Shown here piece after piece: positions 57,246-64,000 of a DNA stretch of 64,000 nucleotides (the stretch's first letter is position 1; the number at the start of each line of letters is the position of its first letter). The DNA is taken from positions 599,028 to 663,027 of the forward strand of contig JAOSKM010000003.1 in NCBI GenBank assembly GCA_027493625.1, written 5' to 3'. The DNA comes from Planctomycetota bacterium (GTDB lineage Bacteria > Planctomycetota > UBA8742 > UBA2392). The notes under the pieces are model-generated. The model saw only the letters and a program-made list of their open reading frames with translations. It had not been told where the DNA came from and did no database searches. A program made the translations under genes and the position numbers.

Positions 57246-58382
57246 CTAGCTGGTGGCCAGGTTGGTGATGACGCCATGGCCGCCGTCACCGCCGTTCAGG
57301 ATTTCGAGGGTGTACTCGCCGATCAGCTGCGCCTTGCGGAAGTCGCCGCTTTCGGCCAGGGGCTTCACGAAGAAGCTGCGCCCCTGCAGGGGCATGACCT
57401 GCAGCTTGTCGAGATCCAGCAGCAGGATCTTGTCCGCGGGCACCCAGCGGCTCAGGATCACGCGCTGCACGCCGAAGTCGGACTCGTAGACATCCACCAC
57501 GTTGCGCAGGGCTGCGCTCTCCGGCTCGTAGCGCCGGCTGCTCTGGATGAAGCTGCTGATCTTGCGTTTCTGGAAGCCGTTGCAGACGATGGCCGTGGGG
57601 CGCCCGCCCTTCTCCCACACGTTGCGCAGGCTGGCGTTCAGCAGCGCTTCATCGAGCGCCGCGGCGCCGGCGTCGTCCACGCTGCCGGTGATGAACTGCA
57701 GCAGCCCGCCCATGGTGCGGCGCACGGAAGCGCTGCCCTGCGGGTTGGCGGCCGCCTTGAAGCCGCAGATCACCGTCTGCTCGAGGCTGCGCATCAGCTC
57801 GCGCAGGCGCTGGATCACCTGGTAGTCGAACTCGCGCTCCACGGCGTGCAGGCCGACGGCATCCATGCTGCCGCTGATCGTCACGGTCTCGGTGAAGATC
57901 TGGCTGAAGTTTTCCTTCCGCACGCGGGCGCGGTAGTTGGCGGCCGCGGCGTCTTCGCCTTCGAGTGCCGCGTGGCCGATCACGCTGACTTTCTGGTTGT
58001 CGACCACGGCCTCGGCCGTGCTGCCGCCGTAGCCGCGCGTGACGGTGAGTGTGTTGGTGCTGATGCCCGTGACCTGCAGGACTTCGTCGCTGCCCTCGGG
58101 GCGGATGATGTCGCCGACGCGGAAGACGCTGCCGTCGTCAACGACCCAGCTGGTGGCGACGTCGTCGTAGCCGGCGCCGTTGTTGACGGCGCTGAAGTTG
58201 GGGTTGAGCTGGTCTTCGAACCACTCGTGGCGCGTCGACTTCGCGCTGTAGCGCGGGCTGCCGATGGCATCGAGCAGCGGTGTGTCGAAGGGCGAGATCA
58301 GTCCGACGAGGTCGCTGACGTCGTCGACCAGCTCGGGCAGGCTTGCGCCCGCGTCGTAGGTTGCTTTGCCGGTGAAACTCAT
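57246..58382 (-). CDS. major capsid-like protein (378 aa)
   Basis: Size and position after scaffold-like and portal-like genes; no motif-level proof. Confidence 0.45.
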   Translation of the reverse strand: MSFTGKATYDAGASLPELVDDVSDLVGLISPFDTPLLDAIGSPRYSAKSTRHEWFEDQLNPNFSAVNNGAGYDDVATSWVVDDGSVFRVGDIIRPEGSDEVLQVTGISTNTLTVTRGYGGSTAEAVVDNQKVSVIGHAALEGEDAAAANYRARVRKENFSQIFTETVTISGSMDAVGLHAVEREFDYQVIQRLRELMRSLEQTVICGFKAAANPQGSASVRRTMGGLLQFITGSVDDAGAAALDEALLNASLRNVWEKGGRPTAIVCNGFQKRKISSFIQSSRRYEPESAALRNVVDVYESDFGVQRVILSRWVPADKILLLDLDKLQVMPLQGRSFFVKPLAESGDFRKAQLIGEYTLEILNGGDGGHGVITNLATS

Positions 58383-58463
58383 GGGGTTTGCTCCTTATGG
58401 GGTGGATGGGATGTTCGGGGTGCGTGAGGGTCCGACTTCGCCAAGGCTTCGTCGGACAGGAAA

Positions 58464-58880
58464 TCAGCGCCTGCGGCGTCTGATCTCCTGCACTTGACGT
58501 GTCAAGCTTCCGTGCCGGAGCTGCGTTGGGGCCGGCGCGGGCTCGGACAGCTTCTGGTTGGCGGGCGAAACCGGGGACCGGGCAAACAGGTAAGGGCGGG
58601 AGGACCGCAGGGAGCTGAACACGTCCTCGAGTGCCTGTGCGGTGTCCCCGGCCTCGCGCAGCCGGTTGACGACGTCCTCGAGCTTGAGGGCGTCGCCCGG
58701 GTAGAGCAGGCCTTCGCGCGGCGCGCGGTCGTAGAAGGCGCGCTCGACGCGGGCCTGCTCCAGGGTCGCGGCGTGCTCGTGCTCGAGGCGCGCGACCTGC
58801 TCAATGGCGGTGGTGATCTCGTCCGTCGGCTCCGGCAGCAAAGCGCGGAGCTGGTCGGTGATGGATGGGGGTTTGTTCAT
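58464..58880 (-). CDS. scaffold / head-decoration-like protein
   Basis: Start MNKPPSITDQ with RBS aaggacacaatcATG; acidic, helical. Confidence 0.4.
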   Translation of the reverse strand: MNKPPSITDQLRALLPEPTDEITTAIEQVARLEHEHAATLEQARVERAFYDRAPREGLLYPGDALKLEDVVNRLREAGDTAQALEDVFSSLRSSRPYLFARSPVSPANQKLSEPAPAPTQLRHGSLTRQVQEIRRRRR

Positions 58881-60271
58881 GATTGTGTCCTTTGGGGATG
58901 GTTCTGGTTCCTGAGCCAGGCCTGGCGTGCGGCCTCGAGTGTGGGCCAGGCGTCGGGGTCGTCGCGGCGCATGATCTCCCACGGTGTGGTCATGCCCTGA
59001 TTCAGGCGCCAGTCGTCCACCTGCATGCGCTCGGCGGCGCTTTGCTCGAGTTGCGGCTCGGGGTAGTTGACGTGCAGGCGGGCGTCACCGTGCAAGCCTT
59101 CGTGCTCGCGCAGCACGGCCAGGGTCACGTCGATCAGCTGCTGCTCAAAAGCGCGGAACACCTGCTGGCGCTCGACGCGGTCTTCCAGCACCGGCGTCTG
59201 CTGGGCCAGCACGCTGACGCCGCTTACGTTGGCGCCCACGTTGACGCTCAGCACGCTTTCGGGGATGCGCTGCGTGCGCAGCAGGGTCTGCAGCAGGAAC
59301 TCGAGGTCGGCGATCAGCTCACTGATCGGCGCGTTGGGCGACTTGAAGTTCACGCCAAAGGGCTCGTTGCCGCTGACATTGAAGCTGATCGCGCGCGCCG
59401 GCCCGATGGCGATGGGCTGGGCCGGGTCCGGGTTCACGATCTCCATCACGCCGAAGCCCTGCATGGCCACGGTGTGCGCGAGCTCGGACAGCTTGGCGTT
59501 GAACTCGGCGTTGGCCAGCGCAACGGCGCGCCCGCGGCCCTCCGTCCAGAAGCCGTCCACGGGCAGGCGGTCGTGCACGAAGGCGAAGGGCACGCGCCCC
59601 AGCCCGTGCTCTTGCTCTGTCAAGACTCGACCGCCGGCGACGGTGGCGACACTTTCGGAGGACCACACGTGTGCAAGGGAGCCGTCGCCGGCGGCGAATG
59701 CGATCACCGCGGCCGGGGTGTCCGGGCGGTTGAAGTCAGGAATCACGGCCAGGCGGTGCGCGGGCCAGGGCCACCAGCAGACCTCGCCATGCTCATAGCT
59801 GACGCGCACGGCCGACACGCCCTGCAGGCGGGTGAGGCGGTCGAGATTGAGCAGCAGCAGGTCCGGGGAGTTGCGGTCCCAGACGCGCTGGATACGCTCG
59901 CGCACGCGCTGGTCGGCCTCAAGGCTGCGCTCCACGGGGCGGCGGTAGAGCTGGCTGAGCACGTCGATCACGACGCGGGTGATGTTCAGGAATTGCTTGT
60001 GGGGGCGGCGCAGGAACTCGCCCGCGGGCTCGCCGGGCAGGCGCGGGATGTGGCGCAGCTGGTCGCCGCGGTACATGTCCCAGGTGAAGCGGCACTGCTC
60101 GCGGAATGCGTCGTCGCCCTCGGCAGTGTAGAGTGCGAACAGCTCTTCGGGCGTGGCCGCCGCCGGGCGCGGTTTGCGCAGCAGCGGCGCGGTGTGCTCG
60201 AGGGCGACTGACAACGCTTGGGTGAACGGGTCCGGCATCGGCTTGCTCCGCGGGGGCAACCTGCCCCTCAC
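58877..60271 (-). CDS. portal-like protein (464 aa)
   Basis: Size and position; no Walker A, so not a terminase. Confidence 0.4.
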   Translation of the reverse strand: MRGRLPPRSKPMPDPFTQALSVALEHTAPLLRKPRPAAATPEELFALYTAEGDDAFREQCRFTWDMYRGDQLRHIPRLPGEPAGEFLRRPHKQFLNITRVVIDVLSQLYRRPVERSLEADQRVRERIQRVWDRNSPDLLLLNLDRLTRLQGVSAVRVSYEHGEVCWWPWPAHRLAVIPDFNRPDTPAAVIAFAAGDGSLAHVWSSESVATVAGGRVLTEQEHGLGRVPFAFVHDRLPVDGFWTEGRGRAVALANAEFNAKLSELAHTVAMQGFGVMEIVNPDPAQPIAIGPARAISFNVSGNEPFGVNFKSPNAPISELIADLEFLLQTLLRTQRIPESVLSVNVGANVSGVSVLAQQTPVLEDRVERQQVFRAFEQQLIDVTLAVLREHEGLHGDARLHVNYPEPQLEQSAAERMQVDDWRLNQGMTTPWEIMRRDDPDAWPTLEAARQAWLRNQNHPQRTQS

Positions 60272-60318
60272 CCCCTTGCGGCCGATGGAGTCGGATTTCG
60301 GTCAAAACGAGGCGAAAC

Positions 60319-62281
60319 GATGGGCTTTCTCGAAGACAGGGTCGCGGCCGAAATGGCCCAGTGGGGCGGGTTTGCGGCCGGCGGCATCGACGCGGAAAAA
60401 ATATCCGGGAATTTTTCGCGCCCCCCGAAGCCCGAGCTCGGGGACCTGGCGTTTGCCACCTTCAAGTTCGCCAAGGACGCCGGCCTGAAGCCCAACGAGC
60501 TGGCGGCGAAGTTGATCGAGGGCGCGAAGCCCGAAGGGCTGGTGGTCGAAGTCAACGCGGCGGGGCCCTACGTCAACGTGCGACTCAACCGCACGCTGGC
60601 CGCCAAGGCGGTGCTGGAGGAAGTCGAAATGCGCTCGGCCGGCGCCGAGCCGCAGGACTGGCGCTTCGGCGACGGCGAGGCCGGTCGCGGCAAGACGCTG
60701 GTCATTGACCTGTCAAGCCCGAACATCGCCAAGCCCCTGGCCGTGCACCACCTGCGCTCGACCATGATCGGCTACAGCATCAAGAAGCTGCGCGAGAGCC
60801 AGGGCTGGCGCGTGATCGGCATCAACCACCTGGGCGACTGGGGCACCGGCTTCGGCAAGCTGATCGCCGGCATCAAGAAGTACTTCCCGCAACTGGCCGA
60901 GGCCGCGAAGACCAGCGACCGGCCGCTCGGCGCCATGACGGTGCAGGAGCTGAACGAAACCTACGCTCGCTTCAACCAGGAAGCGAAAGACGACGAAGGG
61001 CTGGCCGAAGCCGGGCGCGACGAGTTCGCGGTGCTGGAGCGCTACATCGAGGCGCTGCTTACCAAGCCCGCTGGGGGCGAAGGCAATCGTCTGGATGAGC
61101 AGGCGCGCGAAAGCGGTGTCGTCAACTTCCGCATCTGGGAGCACGCCCGCGAAATCAGCCTCACCGAGTTCGAGCGCATGTACGCACACCTCGGCCTCAG
61201 CTTCCGCATGTGGCCGGTCGTCGATGAAGTGCACGCGAAAGTGCTGACCGAAGAACCCGAGGCCTTCTACCGCGAGCACTGCATCTACGTGGGCGAAAGC
61301 TACTACGTCACGGCTGAGGACCTGTGCCGCCGTCTGATCGCCGACGCCGTGGCCAACAAGGTCGCCGAGGAAAGCGAAGGCGCGCTGGTGATCTTCACCC
61401 ACGGTGCGAAGAAGCCGCCGCTGATGCTGGTCAAGAACGACGGCGCTACCAGCTACCACGCGCGCGACATGGCCGCGGCCCTGTACCGCAAGCGGCACTG
61501 GGGGCTCGACGAAATGACCTACGTGGTCGGCGGCGAGCAGAAGCTGCACTTCGAGCAGCTGTTCAAGGCGCTCGAGTTGCTGGGCCACGACTTCGCGAAA
61601 CACTGCACGCACACCGACTTCGGCCTGCTGCTGTTCCAGCAGACGGACGGCAAGTGGGCCAAGACCAGCACCCGCAAGGGCACCGCCATCATGCTGGAAG
61701 ACCTGCTGGATGAGGCCGTGCAGGCCGTGCGCGACATCATCGCCGAGAAAAACCCGGAGCTTGCCCAGGACGCCAGCCTGCGCGAGCACATCGCGCACGC
61801 GGTAGGCGTGGGCGCCGTGGTGTTCAACGATTTGAAGAACGGGCGGCGGAACAACATCAAGTTCGACTGGGACGCGGTGCTCGATTTCCAGGGCGAAAGC
61901 GGCCCCTACATGCAGATGCAGTACGTGCGCATGGGCAGCGTGACCGAGAGATTCCGCGAGGTGTACGGAGAGCCGGTGTTCGAGGACGGCAACGCCGACC
62001 GCCTGGGCCTCGAGGAAGAGTGGCGCATCGTGCAGCAGCTCGCGGGCTTCCCGGACGCTGTGGCGAAAGCCAGCAGCGAGTTCGAACCCAGCATCGTCGC
62101 GCGCCACCTGGTTGAGCTCGCCGGCCTGGCCTCAAGCTGGTGGACGGCCACCAAGGACACCCGCATCGTCGGCGACGACCGCGAGCTGAGCCTCGCGCGC
62201 CTGCGCCTTGTGAACGCGATCCGCAAGGTGCTGGGCCGGGGCCTGCAACTGCTGGGCATGGAGTTGGTCGAGCGCATGTAG
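60319..62281 (+). CDS. argS: arginine--tRNA ligase
   Basis: HHLRS class-I signature, GDWGTGF; start MGFLEDRVAAEMAQ is internal to ORF 60218..62281. Confidence 0.9.
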
Positions 62282-62282
62282 C

Positions 62283-63461
62283 TCAAACGGGCAGCGCGCC
62301 GTCTTCACTCAGCGGCGGCAGGCCCGCGAGCTTGAGCGCGTGGTTCATGCCGCTGCGCATGTGCATGGTGGTGTAGGCGTCGTTGCGCGCCACGGTTGCC
62401 GCCCATGCCGGCCCCCACAGCCTGCGCGCTTCCTCCATGCGCCCGGCCTGCGCCAGCGCGGCGGCCAGGTAGGCCTCGGCGAATTCGCGCCGAACGTCCA
62501 GCCCGTTGGCGGCGGCACGCGCAATCACGTCGCGATAGAGCTTCTCGGCGAGTTCCAGCCGGCTGGTCTGGCGATACAGGTTGGCAAGGCTGCACGACCA
62601 GCTGAGTTCAACCGGCAGGTTGCGCGAATCGCGGGCGATCTCGATCGCGCGCTTCAGCCCCGCTTCAGCATCTTGAACCCGTCCGTCCATGGAATCCAGC
62701 ATCGCCAGCGTGCCGACGGCCGCGTCCTCGGCGCGCCGGTAGCCGGTTTCGCGGGCACGAGCGATCACTCCCTGCAGAGTTTCGCGGGCGATGTCGTGGT
62801 CGCCCTTCTCGCAATGCCAGACGGCGAAATTGATCAGCGACAACAGCTGCTTCTTCAGGTCGCCGCGCTCGCCCCAGAACCTGGCGGCTTCCGCGTGCGC
62901 CGCCGCGACCTGAGGGCCATTGTCCGTGTGCGACTCCACGATGACCCGGTTCGACTTGAGAACCATGTAACCCGGGAGATCCCGAACCGGGTCGATCAGC
63001 GTTTCCGCCTTGGCGAATTCCTCGAGCGCCGCCGGCAGGTCACCGAGGCGATAGCGCAGCATGCCGCCATCGAGCAGAGCCACGGCGCGCAGGTAGTTGC
63101 CGGCGGCGGGGTGGGCTGCCAGTTTCGTGAAGAGATGCAGGGCCGAGAGGTGGCGGAAGCCGCGGCTCTCCAGCTCGGCGGCGCGGTACAGGTACAGCGC
63201 CGCCTTGCCTGCGGCACGCTCGCCGGCAAGTTCCGCGTGTTCGGCCAACTCCAGTGCATAGCTGTCGGTGGGGTGCGGATCGAATTGATCCGTCCAGCGG
63301 GACTCCGCGAATCCCGGCGCGCCGCCGCACAGCTCCTCAAGGATCCCCAGCGCCAGCGCGTGCAGTGCCGCGCGCTCGCCGGGCGGCTGCAGCTCATAGG
63401 CCGCCTCGCGCACCAGCGCGTGGCGGAACAGGTAGGCAGTCTCGGCCGGGATCTCGTTCAC
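62283..63461 (-). CDS. TPR-repeat protein, possibly the C-terminal part of a larger regulator
   Basis: Repetitive TPR-like helices. Confidence 0.45.
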   Translation of the reverse strand: MNEIPAETAYLFRHALVREAAYELQPPGERAALHALALGILEELCGGAPGFAESRWTDQFDPHPTDSYALELAEHAELAGERAAGKAALYLYRAAELESRGFRHLSALHLFTKLAAHPAAGNYLRAVALLDGGMLRYRLGDLPAALEEFAKAETLIDPVRDLPGYMVLKSNRVIVESHTDNGPQVAAAHAEAARFWGERGDLKKQLLSLINFAVWHCEKGDHDIARETLQGVIARARETGYRRAEDAAVGTLAMLDSMDGRVQDAEAGLKRAIEIARDSRNLPVELSWSCSLANLYRQTSRLELAEKLYRDVIARAAANGLDVRREFAEAYLAAALAQAGRMEEARRLWGPAWAATVARNDAYTTMHMRSGMNHALKLAGLPPLSEDGALPV

Positions 63462-63470
63462 GCGCGGATT

Positions 63471-64000
63471 CTAGTCGCCCTGCCCGTCGCGGTCAGGTGT
63501 GCCGGGGAATCGCTCCCGCAACTCCGCCTCCAGTCGCCCGATCGCGGCCAGGTCGCCTGATTGGCGGATGAATTCAATGCCGCGCCGCCACTCGGCCTGG
63601 TCCGGTGCGACGTTGTCACGCCGCGCAAGCGTCATCACGCGATGGCACACCGTGTAGCCCTGCAGGCGCGGGTCGCGGACCTGTTCCGCGAGCAGCGCCG
63701 CGCGCTCCAGCTCGCGCAAGGCTTCCTCGAAGTCTCCGTCTTCGAAAAGCGTGTCCGACAGGTTCAAGCGCCCCACGCACTCGGCGCCTGCATCACCGCT
63801 CGCCTGGTGCATCGCGAGCGACTCGCGGGTAAGGCGCAGCGCCTCCGCCTTGCGTCCGGTGCGGAAGTACAGCACGCCCAGGTTGCCCAGTGTTGTCGCC
63901 AGCTTGCCCAGGTTGCGGGTTTCGCGATGCAGCTCGATCGCGTCGCGCATGGCGGTCTCGGCTTCACTGAAGCGCTCGGCTTCCGTCAGCGCGTGGCCGC
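63471..64000 (-). CDS. TPR-repeat protein; may continue beyond the window and may be the same gene as 62283..63461 split by a frameshift
   Basis: TPR-like repeats (LGNLGVLYFRTGRKAEALRL...). Confidence 0.4.
   Translation of the reverse strand, partial: GHALTEAERFSEAETAMRDAIELHRETRNLGKLATTLGNLGVLYFRTGRKAEALRLTRESLAMHQASGDAGAECVGRLNLSDTLFEDGDFEEALRELERAALLAEQVRDPRLQGYTVCHRVMTLARRDNVAPDQAEWRRGIEFIRQSGDLAAIGRLEAELRERFPGTPDRDGQGD

Larger units (their letters stand above)
46170..60300. mobile_element. phage-derived region (tRNA array + HNH + lysis-like + tail fibre + capsid/scaffold/portal); incomplete or domesticated prophage
   Basis: Gene content and co-orientation; no terminase, integrase or replication genes in the window. 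Confidence 0.55.

Noticed and set aside
1-64000. Tyrosine or serine integrase at the island or prophage borders
   Set aside because: No ORF of suitable size with an R..H..R..Y or serine-recombinase pattern was seen. The island and prophage boundaries are therefore inferred from tRNA context only.

Overview
This is a GC-rich (about 65-70%) bacterial chromosomal segment. A MYXO-CTERM-like C-terminal sorting tail, a receiver-Ser/Thr-kinase fusion and lipoproteins with poly-Gly linkers weakly suggest a Myxococcota-like host.

Left ~12 kb (1-11870): an island downstream of the 3' end of tRNA-Arg(ACG). It carries a translationally coupled module of a 1008-aa Type III Mod-like N6-adenine DNA methyltransferase, a 180-aa ORF and a third ORF that runs off the window edge. 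It also holds a frameshifted S8 subtilase lipoprotein and several small, compositionally atypical hypothetical genes.

Middle (12-46 kb):
- Regulatory and housekeeping genes: a REC-Ser/Thr kinase and a frameshifted NAD-dependent epimerase.
- A REP-like palindromic repeat family of about 260 bp bracketing a lipoprotein gene.
- A long co-directional operon: GT9-GT2 fused glycosyltransferase, ICMT-like methyltransferase, then an STM4015/STM4014/HAD/STM4013/STM4012/STM4011-type cluster with two radical SAM enzymes.
- A tRNA-Thr with a partial 3' duplicate.
- An HD hydrolase, a 929-aa lipoprotein and a two-component system.
- Three tandem membrane-anchored PDZ paralogs.
- An MDR oxidoreductase.
- A roughly 1450-aa surface protein with choice-of-anchor-D-type repeats.

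Right (46.2-60.3 kb): a phage-derived region.
- A co-oriented array of at least 13 tRNA or tRNA-like genes, non-redundant and unlike the host copy of tRNA-Thr, with an embedded HNH endonuclease gene and conserved hairpin spacers.
- A lysis-like trio: a holin-like protein, a lipoprotein with the architecture of a unimolecular spanin, and an 85-aa ORF.
- A 1305-aa tail-fibre-like protein and capsid-, scaffold- and portal-like genes.
- No terminase, integrase or replication gene is visible.
- The region is followed by argS and TPR-protein gene(s).

At least six single-base frameshifts, mostly at homopolymers, and a 120-bp C/G low-complexity tract point to assembly or sequencing errors (MAG or long-read draft) rather than true pseudogenes.
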